A DNA stretch of 62,008 nucleotides, filler included. It is 7 parts of 7 records of this genome, joined end to end, with 100 filler letters (N's around TTAATTAATTAA, not from the genome) between each part and the next. Parts side by side here need not be neighbours in the genome. Positions count along the whole stretch, not along the records: positions 47,807 to 54,914 come from SRR31156797_18495; positions 55,015 to 62,008 come from SRR31156797_18503; 5 more parts are not named here. One strand, 5' to 3'. The notes under the pieces are model-generated. The model was given only the letters and a program-made list of their open reading frames with translations. It ran no database searches and had not been told where the DNA came from. Below, piece by piece: positions 50,534-60,850 of the stretch (position 1 is its first letter; every line of letters starts with the position of its first letter). Both the position numbers and the translations under genes were made by a program.

Positions 50534-50692
50534 TATCAAAAGATAAGCAAGGAAAGGGTAACGTGTTATTACTGTTATTCCTTCCTAGATGCTTAATGGT
50601 TTGTTCCTGTCCTTGTTAGGCGGCTCACATGATGTACTTCTCTGCCTTTTCCAGAAAGCCCCCACTAAAAGCATATGATGACGAGGTGAAAT

Positions 50693-52084
50693 ATGGTTGG
50701 TAGGTTAAGTTTTGCGCTGACAGTAGTTCTTACTTATTGCATCGTTGTTACTCAAACAGCAGTTGCGCAAAAGATAAAGTTAACCGATGAGCAGGTTGAG
50801 AATATTGTCCGCAGAACCTATCAGTATGTGGCCATGTATAACGTGAACAATAAATTTGCCATCACCCAAGGGGGCTGGAATACCATTCTAGCTGATACGG
50901 CCTTAAAAGATCACACCATGCGTGATATTGCCCGGCCAAATAATGATACGCTCTATATCGGTGCCATGCTTGATTTACGTGCAGAGCCGATGATTCTCGA
51001 TATTCCTGCCTTTGATTCCGATTATGTTTCACTCATGGTTACCGCCTATGATCATTATGTCAACGTGCCCATGTCTGTGACAACGGACCATTTTGATAAA
51101 CAAGAAAAAATTTTATTGTACAGTAGCCATACCAAAAATTATAACGGTGAACCTATAGAAGGCATTGATCACATCTTTAAAACAAGTGGTGACTTTGTCT
51201 CTGCCGTTTTTCGGGTTATGCCCCACGCTGCTGAAAAAGAACGTTCCCAAAAAATTATAGCGCAGATGAAAGGAGTTAAATTACTTAGTTTATCTGCACT
51301 TCTAGACAAAGAAGCAGCAAAGCCAATACAAGAGCCAAACTTTCCAGATGTCGGTGAAACCGATGTAGATATCTATACAAATAATTTCATTGAAGTGATG
51401 CAGTTTGTTGTCAACCATACTGCCTTTGATGGGAAAAATGAAATGGACAGTAAGTTACTGGAAGCACTCAAGCCGCTAGGGGTTGTTCCCGGCCAAACCT
51501 TTGATCCTGCTACAGCAGTCCAAATTAATACCGAACAGTTCGGGCGTGTTGTCAACGATATGCGTGAAAGATTTTTTGCTAAGGCCATGGATCCCGCTAC
51601 CATGGAACGATCAGGTCTTAATCTTTTTCAGATAAAGGGGCAGATTTCTTTAGATGATATGATACTCCAATCCGTTATAGGTCCAATCGGCCTGCCTGCG
51701 CAAGAAGCGCTCTACCCAGCTCTATCAACAAAGAGTGGCAAATCGATGAATGCCCTACATGATTATGTGGTTCACATGTCCGCTGATGAACTGCCTCCTG
51801 CCATATCATTCTGGTCCATGACACTCTATGACTCGGCCAATGGTTTTTTTATCCCCAATGATTACATGAAGTATTCTGTTGGCAAAAATGGTGGTATGAA
51901 ACTGGACGAACAGGGCGGTATTTCTGTCTATGTTGCTGCAGAGCAACCCGATGGTGTTCCTGTTGAAAATTGGCTGCCGATTAATCGTAAAGATGAAAAA
52001 CTCGATATAATCCTTCGTATTTATGTACCTGATCTGAAAAAATTCAGGACATGGTCAGCTCCCATTGCAGATTTAATCAAATAG
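50693..52084 (+). CDS. DUF1254/DUF1214 domain protein
   Basis: Signal peptide; RPNNDTLY...LDL..EP; FWSMTLYD; NWLP; LRIYVP. Confidence 0.88.
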   Translation: MVGRLSFALTVVLTYCIVVTQTAVAQKIKLTDEQVENIVRRTYQYVAMYNVNNKFAITQGGWNTILADTALKDHTMRDIARPNNDTLYIGAMLDLRAEPMILDIPAFDSDYVSLMVTAYDHYVNVPMSVTTDHFDKQEKILLYSSHTKNYNGEPIEGIDHIFKTSGDFVSAVFRVMPHAAEKERSQKIIAQMKGVKLLSLSALLDKEAAKPIQEPNFPDVGETDVDIYTNNFIEVMQFVVNHTAFDGKNEMDSKLLEALKPLGVVPGQTFDPATAVQINTEQFGRVVNDMRERFFAKAMDPATMERSGLNLFQIKGQISLDDMILQSVIGPIGLPAQEALYPALSTKSGKSMNALHDYVVHMSADELPPAISFWSMTLYDSANGFFIPNDYMKYSVGKNGGMKLDEQGGISVYVAAEQPDGVPVENWLPINRKDEKLDIILRIYVPDLKKFRTWSAPIADLIK

Positions 52085-52117
52085 ATGGAGCCTATAAATG
52101 GAAATGGTGAGATTATT

Positions 52118-52939
52118 ATGGGAAATCGCCTTATTATAGCATATTGCATAATCCTTTTTGGGATGTGTTGCTCCGGACTATGTCTTGGAAAAGAATATGA
52201 GGGCGATGCTGATCTTGCCCATGACCTAACCAATCCGCTTGCTGATTTGGTCACAGTTCCAATTCAGATAAATTATGATGAAAATATTGGTGTGGAAGAT
52301 GAAGGAACTCGGATAACAACTACCCTCCAGCCGGTCGTCCCTTTTGATATTAGCACAGACTGGTTGCTGATTACGCGAACCATTTTACCTATTATTTCTC
52401 AGAAAGACATTTTTTCCGGGTATGGCTCCAAGTTTGGCTTAAGTGACTTAAATACAACACTATTTCTGTCACCTGTAGATTCCGATGGTAAAGGCTTTAT
52501 GTGGGGGGCAGGCCCCATCTTCATCTTTCCTACGGCTACAGATGAATCGCTTGGCAACGAAAAATGGTCTGCCGGTCCTTCAGCGCTCTTCATTGATATG
52601 GAGGAGCAATTCACTCTTGGATTTTTGATGAATCATGTCTGGTCTTATGCGGGTGCAGATGACCGAGATGATGTCAATAACAGCTTCATGCAACCCTTTA
52701 TTGCTTATGTAACTGAGAACGCCTGGACTATTTCCCTCCAATCAGAGACATCTTATAACTGGGAGGCAGAGCAATGGACGATTCCGGTTAACGTGGCACT
52801 TGCAAAATTGGTTTGGCTTGGAAAGTTGCCTGTTAACCTACAGGCAGGAGTGGGATATTGGGTGGACTCACCTGATTCAGGGGCAGAAGGTTGGCGTTTT
52901 CGCCTTCAGGCAAACTTTGTTCTTCCCAGGTTTTTTTGA
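52118..52939 (+). CDS. Outer-membrane beta-barrel channel (MetA-pathway-like)
   Basis: NPLADL...QPVVPF...WGAGP...PTATD..LG..KW.AGP; C-terminal aromatic residues. Confidence 0.75.
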   Translation: MGNRLIIAYCIILFGMCCSGLCLGKEYEGDADLAHDLTNPLADLVTVPIQINYDENIGVEDEGTRITTTLQPVVPFDISTDWLLITRTILPIISQKDIFSGYGSKFGLSDLNTTLFLSPVDSDGKGFMWGAGPIFIFPTATDESLGNEKWSAGPSALFIDMEEQFTLGFLMNHVWSYAGADDRDDVNNSFMQPFIAYVTENAWTISLQSETSYNWEAEQWTIPVNVALAKLVWLGKLPVNLQAGVGYWVDSPDSGAEGWRFRLQANFVLPRFF

Positions 52940-53000
52940 TATATTCATTACATGTCGGAGATGCGAAAGCATGGTACCATGCAATACTTTTAAGCAAACC

Positions 53001-53774
53001 ATGATAAAAAAAATGGCTTGCTACAGTTTTACAATCCTGCTGTTTAGTCTGTTACTTCAAACAGGTTCTTTTGCAGCAGATAACGGCGACACAAACGGCT
53101 GGCAATTCCAATTGTCACCCTATATCTGGCTTCCCGGACAGAGTGGCAGCATGACCCTGGCTGGACAGCCGGTCGATTTTGATGTTGATTTCGCGGATGA
53201 TATATTCGGAAATATCAATTTCGCTTCTTATGTAATTGGAGAAGCCCGAAAGGAACGCTGGGGGGTCATTGTTGATATTGCCTATTCTGATATCGAGGAT
53301 GATGAAGCCATTTCTCCGGGAATTGTATTTCAGTCAATCAACTCCAAAACAGCAACCTGGATGCTTTCTGCTGCTGCATCCTTCCGTGCAGTGGATTGTG
53401 AAAATAGCTTTGTTGATATCTATGCAGGGGTTCGTTACTGGTCAATTGATTCTACTTTAACCTTGCGGGCTGCTACCATCGGCAATCGAGATATTAACGA
53501 TTCTGATAACTGGTTTGACCCCGTTGTCGGGATCAGAGGATTTCATGCTTTTGGTCAGTCCAAAATTTTTCTTAGTGGCAAGCTGACTCTTGGAGGGTTT
53601 GGTGCAGGCTCCGATTTTATGTGGGATCTAATCGCTGCGCTTGGCTATCAATGGACTCCTGCAATTTCAACGTTAATTGGCTACCGCTATTTTGACGTTG
53701 ATTATGACGGAGACGATTTTGTCTATGATATAGAACAAGGTGGTCCTATGATTGGTTTTACCTGGAGATTTTAG
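53001..53774 (+). CDS. Outer-membrane beta-barrel protein
   Basis: Signal peptide; WQFQLSPYIW, WFDPVVG, GYR...GP..GFTWRF. Confidence 0.8.
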   Translation: MIKKMACYSFTILLFSLLLQTGSFAADNGDTNGWQFQLSPYIWLPGQSGSMTLAGQPVDFDVDFADDIFGNINFASYVIGEARKERWGVIVDIAYSDIEDDEAISPGIVFQSINSKTATWMLSAAASFRAVDCENSFVDIYAGVRYWSIDSTLTLRAATIGNRDINDSDNWFDPVVGIRGFHAFGQSKIFLSGKLTLGGFGAGSDFMWDLIAALGYQWTPAISTLIGYRYFDVDYDGDDFVYDIEQGGPMIGFTWRF

Positions 53775-53910
53775 ACGAGCAAAATTTGACATCATAAACG
53801 ATAAAATAAAGGAAGAGAACTTATCATGTGATAGACTCTTCTTTTTTTATTGTTCAAAATCAATTTTGAAAACACATACAAAAAACATCGAACGAAATAA
53901 AGAAATTACA

Positions 53911-54039
53911 TTGCGTAAAAACCTCAATGTTGATGCCTGATTTCACACCATGAAAGACGGTTTTGCAAATATTCAAGATGATAGAACTGGAAATGTTGAA
54001 CATTGCTTAGCCGATACCCTCATGTCCATTTATGGTATG
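53911..54039 (+). pseudogene. Transposase N-terminal remnant with internal stop
   Basis: LRKNLNVDA*FHTMKDGFANIQDDRTGNVEHCLADTLMSIYGM resembles RKHLSADAL...F..I.D.R...SL.D.LMS..AM transposase N-termini (recalled similarity). Confidence 0.6.
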
Positions 54040-54160
54040 AGAAGTGGTCCCACAGGAAGTGACAACAATAATAGTAGTTACCCTGTCCTCATATATATGG
54101 ATTTACCGTTACTATCAAATTTTGTCCATATCGTGTGAACCTGCCACTTACACCTGTAAG

Positions 54161-54880
54161 CTATTCCACTTCCTCACACTCCAACTTTTTGGAAATGGAA
54201 AAATAAAAAATACTCCCTTTTTTAGGCGCTGGTTGTACCCAGACACTCCCCCGGTGTTGTTCCGATATTTCCTTGACAATCGCCAAGCCCAGACCTGATC
54301 CTTCGATATCCTCCCTTTCATCTTTGCGTTGAAACAAGTCAAAAATCTTCTTGCTGTCTTCACTCCCTATACCTATGCCATCATCTCTAACAGAGATAAT
54401 GTGGTGGGATGAAGATTGCTCAAATCCGATGGCAATTTGACTCAAATCATCTCCGCCGTATTTCAAGGCATTATCCACAAGGTTCCTTAGAACTCTCAAA
54501 AGTGCAAGTCGATCGGCTTTGATCTCAGGCAATACATTTTCTGGAACAATCCATTTAATGAAGCGGATACTGAATCGTGTAGAGAACTCATCTTTGATTA
54601 TTTGCAGGACACGCTCCAAATTGACCCTCTGCACAAGAAGAGCTACTTCTTTGGTAGATATATATAGATTGATTGTTTCAACCAATGCAACAATCTGTTC
54701 AGAAGATTTCAGAATCTGTTCAATATAGATTTTTGCCTTCTCACCCAGAGATTCGTTGTGCTGCTTATGAAGAAGTTTTGTCAGTCCGTGTACACTTATG
54801 GCAGGGCTTTTAAGATCATGGGACACCGAATATGCAAAGAGTTTAATTTTTTCAGAACTTTTTTCCAGAGTATCTTCCAT
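54161..54880 (-). CDS. Sensor histidine kinase core (HisKA plus HATPase), sensor part missing
   Basis: SVSHDLKSP, NLVDNALKY, DDGIG, GSGLGL; in-frame TAA two codons upstream. Confidence 0.85.
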   Translation of the reverse strand: MEDTLEKSSEKIKLFAYSVSHDLKSPAISVHGLTKLLHKQHNESLGEKAKIYIEQILKSSEQIVALVETINLYISTKEVALLVQRVNLERVLQIIKDEFSTRFSIRFIKWIVPENVLPEIKADRLALLRVLRNLVDNALKYGGDDLSQIAIGFEQSSSHHIISVRDDGIGIGSEDSKKIFDLFQRKDEREDIEGSGLGLAIVKEISEQHRGSVWVQPAPKKGSIFYFSISKKLECEEVE

Positions 54881-54884
54881 CTGT

Positions 54885-54914
54885 TAGAGACGGTCCCAGC
54901 ATTTAGGACCACTA
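54885..54914. mobile_element. Possible IS terminal inverted repeat at the contig end
   Basis: TAGAGACGGTCCCAGCATTTAGGACCAC resembles IS3-family ends; abuts the truncated kinase. Confidence 0.4.
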
Positions 54915-55150
54915 NNNNNNNNNNNNNNNNNNNNNNNNNNNNNNNNNNNNNNNNNNNNTTAATTAATTAANNNNNNNNNNNNNNNNNNNNNNNNNNNNNN
55001 NNNNNNNNNNNNNNGATAAAGAAAGCTTCATTTTTGAGGCATTCACAGCATTGACAATCAGGAGTTTACTCTTGTAAATGACTGATTAAAATGCAAGAAT
55101 AACGAAGAAAATGGAGTTTTCTTGCAGAAACTAATTAGTAATTTTTTCTG

Positions 55151-55822
55151 ATGAAACACATAGTAAGAGCAGCATTTGTAGCAGCGGGTCTTGGTATCTT
55201 AATCAACTTCGCTTACAATTTTCATAATCCATTGGCATTTTACGATAACAGTGCCCGCACTGTATATTTTATCGGATTTATATTAATGGTTTTTGCCGCC
55301 TTGAGCATGAAAAATGTTTTGTCATATAAAACCATTTCAAAAATTGAATATGCTCCCAAAAATGATGAACTAAAAACATCCGGTTTAACCATATCAATCA
55401 TTCTATTATTCTTTATTGCGCCAATGTTTGATCAACCGGATCGTTTTGCCATTTGTGAATGCAATTGGATTCGTTGGATTGGCTGCCTGTTCCTCATCGA
55501 TGCAATCACATTTTTCACGTGGAGTTCATGGGTTTTCGGAAAAGCTTTTTACCGTAATGATGATAAGCCATCTGAACTTAAATTAATATCACATGGCCCT
55601 TATGCAGTTATTCGTCATCCTCGGTTTTTAGGGTTAATTTCATGGTCATTTGCCACCGCGTTGGCATTTAATAATATTGCAGCACTTCTTTTGGCTGTAA
55701 TTATCACATATATAGTAGGCATGAAGGCTCAAGACGAAGAAGTTTTCATGGAACTTGAGTTTGGTGATCAATGGTTAGCATACAAAAAGCAAACGTATCG
55801 TTTTATTCCGTTTATATATTAG
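55151..55822 (+). CDS. Isoprenylcysteine carboxyl methyltransferase family protein
   Basis: Multi-TM; GPYAVIRHP, EE..M...FG..W..Y...RFIP. Confidence 0.85.
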   Translation: MKHIVRAAFVAAGLGILINFAYNFHNPLAFYDNSARTVYFIGFILMVFAALSMKNVLSYKTISKIEYAPKNDELKTSGLTISIILLFFIAPMFDQPDRFAICECNWIRWIGCLFLIDAITFFTWSSWVFGKAFYRNDDKPSELKLISHGPYAVIRHPRFLGLISWSFATALAFNNIAALLLAVIITYIVGMKAQDEEVFMELEFGDQWLAYKKQTYRFIPFIY

Positions 55823-55847
55823 TTTTTAATTTGTTACATTTGTAATT

Positions 55848-56183
55848 ATGAGAATAAAAGAAGATATAAATATAAATCTGAATGCCTTTCTTAAAATCTG
55901 TAAAAGTCACAATGTTAAATATTTGTATGCTTTTGGCTCAGCAATCAATGAAAAGTTTAACAGTAAAAAAAGTGATATTGACTTAGTTGTAGAATTAGAC
56001 ATTTCAGACCCTCTTGAACATGGTGAGAACCTTATTAATCTATGGGATGACCTGGAGATTTTTTTTAATCGAAAAGTTGACTTATTAACAGAAGAGTCTA
56101 TTCACAATCCTATTCTCAAAAAAAGTATCGATAACTCAAAAATTTTAATTTATGACGGAACGGGGAAGGAAATACTTATCTGA
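55848..56183 (+). CDS. MNT nucleotidyltransferase antitoxin (MntA-like)
   Basis: FGS...SDIDL; RKVDL. Confidence 0.88.
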   Translation: MRIKEDININLNAFLKICKSHNVKYLYAFGSAINEKFNSKKSDIDLVVELDISDPLEHGENLINLWDDLEIFFNRKVDLLTEESIHNPILKKSIDNSKILIYDGTGKEILI

Positions 56184-56484
56184 TATTTTAAGAGCAATTG
56201 AATTAGTCGAATCATTTATACAAGATATTGAAACATTTGATCAATATCAAAAAGATCTCAAAACCCAAAGTGCTATTGAAAGACAACTAGGAATAATTGG
56301 GGAGCCCGTTAATAAATTTAAACAGGAATGTCCAAATGAAATATTACTACATACTGTTAAAATAGTAGGCTTTAGAAATAGAATTATTCATGCATACGAC
56401 AGTATTGATAATTCAATAGTTTGGGTTATCGTTAAGAAGTACTTAAACCCCTTAAAAGAAGAGGTTAACAATAAAATTAATTAA
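56152..56484 (+). CDS. HEPN RNase toxin (HepT/DUF86)
   Basis: AIERQLGIIGE; RNRIIHAY (RX4HXY); overlaps the MNT gene. Confidence 0.88.
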   Translation: MTERGRKYLSDILRAIELVESFIQDIETFDQYQKDLKTQSAIERQLGIIGEPVNKFKQECPNEILLHTVKIVGFRNRIIHAYDSIDNSIVWVIVKKYLNPLKEEVNNKIN

Positions 56485-56526
56485 CTACCAACATCTTCTT
56501 TATTTAACTATTAATTTGTTAAACCA

Positions 56527-57480
56527 ATGAATACAACAATGCCTTATGTTATAGAGGATTTACAAAATGCTTATAGTCGCGTCCAACCCCATATTCACAA
56601 AACCCCTGTTTTATCATCGAAACTAATCAATGAAATTGCAGGATGTGAGTTATATTTCAAATGTGAAAATTTCCAAAAAGCTGGATCTTTTAAAATCAGG
56701 GGTGCTACCAATGCCATTTTACAATTAAAGAAAGAAGAACAACAAAAAGGTGTTGTCACCCACTCATCCGGAAATTTTGCTCAAGCTTTGGCATTAGCAG
56801 CGCGAAACCTAAACATCCTAGCCTACATTGTGATGCCCGAAAATGCTCCTAAAGTAAAAGTGGATGCAGTGCGAGAGTATGGAGCAGAAATCAGATTTTG
56901 CATAAACAAACAGGAAGAACGTGAAAGAACCATGCGTGAATGGCAATCCGAAACAGGAGCTTCTTTTTTACACCCCTACGACAACCGAAATGTAATTTTG
57001 GGCCAATCAACCTGTGGATATGAACTGACACAAGAAATTAAAAGTCTTGATTCAATTATTTCACCTGTAGGTGGTGGCGGATTAATCTCAGGTGTAGCTT
57101 TAGCGGCACATTTTTTCTCACCTAGCACAAAAGTTTTTGCCGCTGAACCCACAGGAGCAGATGATGCACAGCGTAGTTTTAGAGATGGAAAAATTTATCC
57201 ATCTGTCAACCCCAACACCATTGCAGATGGTCTTTTAACGTCACTTGGTGAACATACTTTCCCGGTAATACAGTCGCTTGTTAAAGATATTCTCACCGTT
57301 ACAGATGAAGAAATAATTGCTGCAATGAAATTAGTTTGGACGAGGATGAAAATTATTATTGAGCCGTCATCAGCTACAACTTTAGCTGTAGTTATGAAAA
57401 ATAAAACGATATTTGCTAATCAAAAGATAGCCCTAATTATTAGTGGCGGAAATGTTGATTTAAATAAATTACCTTTCTAA
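56527..57480 (+). CDS. PLP-dependent serine/threonine dehydratase or serine racemase
   Basis: KCENFQKAGSFKIRGA, HSSGN, PVGGGGL, SGGN. Confidence 0.9.
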   Translation: MNTTMPYVIEDLQNAYSRVQPHIHKTPVLSSKLINEIAGCELYFKCENFQKAGSFKIRGATNAILQLKKEEQQKGVVTHSSGNFAQALALAARNLNILAYIVMPENAPKVKVDAVREYGAEIRFCINKQEERERTMREWQSETGASFLHPYDNRNVILGQSTCGYELTQEIKSLDSIISPVGGGGLISGVALAAHFFSPSTKVFAAEPTGADDAQRSFRDGKIYPSVNPNTIADGLLTSLGEHTFPVIQSLVKDILTVTDEEIIAAMKLVWTRMKIIIEPSSATTLAVVMKNKTIFANQKIALIISGGNVDLNKLPF

Positions 57481-57489
57481 AATAAGGAT

Positions 57490-58311
57490 ATGGAAAACAT
57501 TGAATTACAAAATATCATACTTGCTTTTGGGTTGACCCTTTTTGCAGGACTATCAACTGGAATTGGGAGTGCGCTGGCCTTTTTTGCCAAGCAAACCAAC
57601 ACAAAACTCTTGGCGGTTTCTCTGGGTTTTTCAGCCGGTGTTATGATTTATGTATCATTGGTTGAAATTTTCCAAAAAGCTAAAACAGACCTTAGCTCAG
57701 TGTTCGGCGAGGTAACCGGCACATGGTATACAGTAGCAGCATTTTTTGGTGGTATTTTATTTATCGCGCTCATCGACAAATTAATTCCAAGCTACGAAAA
57801 CCCACATGAGGTCAGAAACATTGAAGATATCGATGAAAAAAAGAGAAATGGCAAATTGATGCGTATGGGCATTTTTTCAGCTGTTGCAATTGCTATTCAC
57901 AACTTTCCTGAAGGAATGGCCACGTTTATGGCAGGATTAGCTGATCCTTATATTGCATTACCTATTGCAATTGCAATTGCCATTCACAATATACCTGAAG
58001 GGATTGCGGTGAGTGTTCCTATTTATTATGCAACAGGTAATCGTAAAAAAGCTTTTATGTTATCTTTTCTCAGCGGATTGGCAGAACCTGTAGGTGCATT
58101 AATTGGATTCCTTGTTATTTATTTCTTTTTTGATTCATTCAGTCCGGCAATTTCAGGAGTAATGTTTGGGGCAGTCGCGGGAATTATGGTGTTTATTTCC
58201 CTCGATGAGCTGTTACCCACAGCTGAAGAACACGGTGAGCACCATTTGTCGATATATGGACTAGTTGCCGGAATGGCCGTAATGGCGTTAAGTTTATTAC
58301 TATTCTTATAA
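57490..58311 (+). CDS. zupT: ZIP family zinc transporter
   Basis: HNFPEG and HNIPEG motifs; SGLAEP. Confidence 0.92.
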   Translation: MENIELQNIILAFGLTLFAGLSTGIGSALAFFAKQTNTKLLAVSLGFSAGVMIYVSLVEIFQKAKTDLSSVFGEVTGTWYTVAAFFGGILFIALIDKLIPSYENPHEVRNIEDIDEKKRNGKLMRMGIFSAVAIAIHNFPEGMATFMAGLADPYIALPIAIAIAIHNIPEGIAVSVPIYYATGNRKKAFMLSFLSGLAEPVGALIGFLVIYFFFDSFSPAISGVMFGAVAGIMVFISLDELLPTAEEHGEHHLSIYGLVAGMAVMALSLLLFL

Positions 58312-58323
58312 AACCTACATATC

Positions 58324-59268
58324 ATGAAAGTCCATCTTATTGAGCCGCTCAATGTGGAGCAAAAATATATCGACGAATTTGTTCTTGAATTGGAAAAATT
58401 AGGATTTGAATTCCGACAATGGAAGGACCGCAAAGAAGACACAGCAAGTCTGATTGAACGCTGCAAGGATGCGGATGTGGTGATTGTTTCCAACATCCCA
58501 TTCACTAAAGAAGTTATTGATGCTTGCCCCAATCTTAAAATGCTTTCAGTAGCATTCACGGGTGTTGATCATATAGATATGAAAACCTGCCGTGAAAGAA
58601 GTATAGTAGTTTCTAATGCTGCAGGATATTCCACCCGGTCTGTTGCTGAACTTACCATTGGATTAATGATAGGCCTTTTACGTAAAATTCCACATAATGA
58701 GCACAAATTAAGAAACTTACATGGTCGCGACGGATTCACGGGAGCCGAACTTCATGGCAAAACTATTGGTATTATTGGAGCAGGAGCTATTGGACGTGCA
58801 GTCGGAAAAATGTGCCAAATAGCCTTTGATTGTAATGTGCTTTATTATAGTCGTACTAAAAAGCAAGTTGAAGAAGGTCAGTTTGTATCAAAAAAAGAAT
58901 TACTGGAACAGTCAGATATTGTTAGTTTACATGTCCCGCTCAATTCAGAAAGCAAAGGTCTAATTGGCGAAGAAGAACTGGCGTTAATGAAATCCACCGC
59001 TTTTCTGATTAATACAGCAAGAGGTCCGGTTGTAAATACCCATGCTTTAGTTCAGGCTCTAAGAAAAGACTCCATAGCCGGAGCAGCAATTGATATGTAT
59101 GAAATGGAACCACCACTTCCTAAAGATCATGAAATTCTCAGTGCTCCAAATACTATATTAATGCCTCATATAGCTTATGCTACACGTGAAGCATTTATTT
59201 TACGCGCAAAAATTGTATTTGAAAATATATTGAAATGGCATGCGGGTGAACCGCAGAATGTGCAATAA
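58324..59268 (+). CDS. D-isomer-specific 2-hydroxyacid dehydrogenase
   Basis: GAGAIG, SLHVPL, INTARG, E.EP, PHIA. Confidence 0.92.
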   Translation: MKVHLIEPLNVEQKYIDEFVLELEKLGFEFRQWKDRKEDTASLIERCKDADVVIVSNIPFTKEVIDACPNLKMLSVAFTGVDHIDMKTCRERSIVVSNAAGYSTRSVAELTIGLMIGLLRKIPHNEHKLRNLHGRDGFTGAELHGKTIGIIGAGAIGRAVGKMCQIAFDCNVLYYSRTKKQVEEGQFVSKKELLEQSDIVSLHVPLNSESKGLIGEEELALMKSTAFLINTARGPVVNTHALVQALRKDSIAGAAIDMYEMEPPLPKDHEILSAPNTILMPHIAYATREAFILRAKIVFENILKWHAGEPQNVQ

Positions 59269-59274
59269 TTTATA

Positions 59275-59343
59275 TTTTACGCTACGAGCGCAACGAATAA
59301 CGCAGCGCTCGCTGCGATTCTCGCTGCGTACGCTGCGTGAAAC
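59275..59343. repeat. GC-rich nested palindromic (REP/BIME-like) element between convergent genes
   Basis: Repeated CGCTGCG/CGCAGCG units closed by TTTACGC...GCGTGAAA. Confidence 0.6.
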
Positions 59344-59345
59344 TT

Positions 59346-60686
59346 TTATTTAAATTCTTCAATAATACCTTTAATCTGCTTAACCTTTTCATCTAGCAAA
59401 GCTTTATTAGTAGCTTCAACAAGTAGGCGTAGATATGGCTCTGTATTTGATGGTCTAATATTAAACCACCAATCCGGATATTCTACACGGTATCCATCAA
59501 AATCATAAAAAGCATCCGGTTTTTGTTGCTCATAGAAAAAGTCTTTTACCTTTTCCATTGCTTCTAACTTTTGCTCAATTTTAAAATTGATTTCTCCGGA
59601 ATTCTCAAACTGACGAATATTATCAATTATTTGTGAAAATGTAAACCCTTCAGCTTTTTTATTTTTCAAAATGCGCATTACAAGGATAGAGGCCAATATA
59701 CCACTATCTGAATAAAAGAAATCACGGAAATAATAATGTCCGGCTAACTCTCCGCCAAACACACCATCTATCTCTCTTAATTTCAATGCTGCATATGCAC
59801 GTCCCACACGCCACATATGCATCTCACCGCCCATATCTTCAATATAGTTTTTTACCGCTTGCGATGTTCGAATATCCTGTAAAACCCGTCCTTTTTGCCC
59901 TTTTTCCTCAATAAAATAATGTCCAAGCAAAGCAATAATCAAATCGGGCGAAATAAATTGCCCTTTCTCATCCACAAACATCACACGATCACCATCACCA
60001 TCATAAATAATTCCAGCATCAGCATTTTTAGCCAACACTGTTTTCTTTAAATCTTCTACATTATCCTCAATCAGTGGATTTGGTTCATGATTTGGAAAAG
60101 TTCCATCAACTTCCTCATAGATATATTCAGGTTTATCTCCAAAAATTGTGCGGGCAAATAAACCTGCAACGCCATTTGAACAGTCAATGGCCATATTTAA
60201 GCCATCATAATCAATTGTGTAGCTCTTCAAAAAATCGATATAGGTCGTCTTAACATCAATATCTTCAACCTTTCCTTTTGATCCAGTCACAACAGGCTCT
60301 TGTTTTATCATTTGCTCCAACTCTGCCAGTCCTGAATCATAACCAACAGGTAATGCTTCTGAACGAGATATTTTCATTCCATTATAATGCGCCGGATTAT
60401 GCGAAGCAGTAATCATAACCGAAGCGTCAAATTTAAAATGAGCTGTTCCAAAATAAATTAATGGTGTTGTACAAATACCCGCGCTGTGAACATCTGCACC
60501 ACTATCAGTAATTCCTTTTACCAAATATTCATATATTTCAGGAGATGAAGTACGTGCATCTCTCCCAACCAAAACTTTTTTTGTATTCAATAATTGAGGT
60601 AAATAAAATCCAATTCGATAAGCATCATCTTTATTGAAATCTTTGTTATAAACACCTCTAATATCATACGCTTTAAATGCTCCCAT
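59346..60686 (-). CDS. Phosphomannomutase/phosphoglucomutase
   Basis: FKAYDIRG, TASHNP, DGDGDR, GELAGH, RPSNTEP. Confidence 0.95.
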   Translation of the reverse strand: MGAFKAYDIRGVYNKDFNKDDAYRIGFYLPQLLNTKKVLVGRDARTSSPEIYEYLVKGITDSGADVHSAGICTTPLIYFGTAHFKFDASVMITASHNPAHYNGMKISRSEALPVGYDSGLAELEQMIKQEPVVTGSKGKVEDIDVKTTYIDFLKSYTIDYDGLNMAIDCSNGVAGLFARTIFGDKPEYIYEEVDGTFPNHEPNPLIEDNVEDLKKTVLAKNADAGIIYDGDGDRVMFVDEKGQFISPDLIIALLGHYFIEEKGQKGRVLQDIRTSQAVKNYIEDMGGEMHMWRVGRAYAALKLREIDGVFGGELAGHYYFRDFFYSDSGILASILVMRILKNKKAEGFTFSQIIDNIRQFENSGEINFKIEQKLEAMEKVKDFFYEQQKPDAFYDFDGYRVEYPDWWFNIRPSNTEPYLRLLVEATNKALLDEKVKQIKGIIEEFK

Positions 60687-60850
60687 ATCAATAATTTTTA
60701 GTGGATGACAAAAATAGTAAAATCATTCAAATAAACATGTTAGCATAATTTAATATAAAATTCTAAGTTTTTTCCAGTTACTTTGCCAGTATTGTTTTAA
60801 TTTGAAGAAAAAAATCTTAGATTTGTTTTTTAAAGCTGAATTATTGCAAA

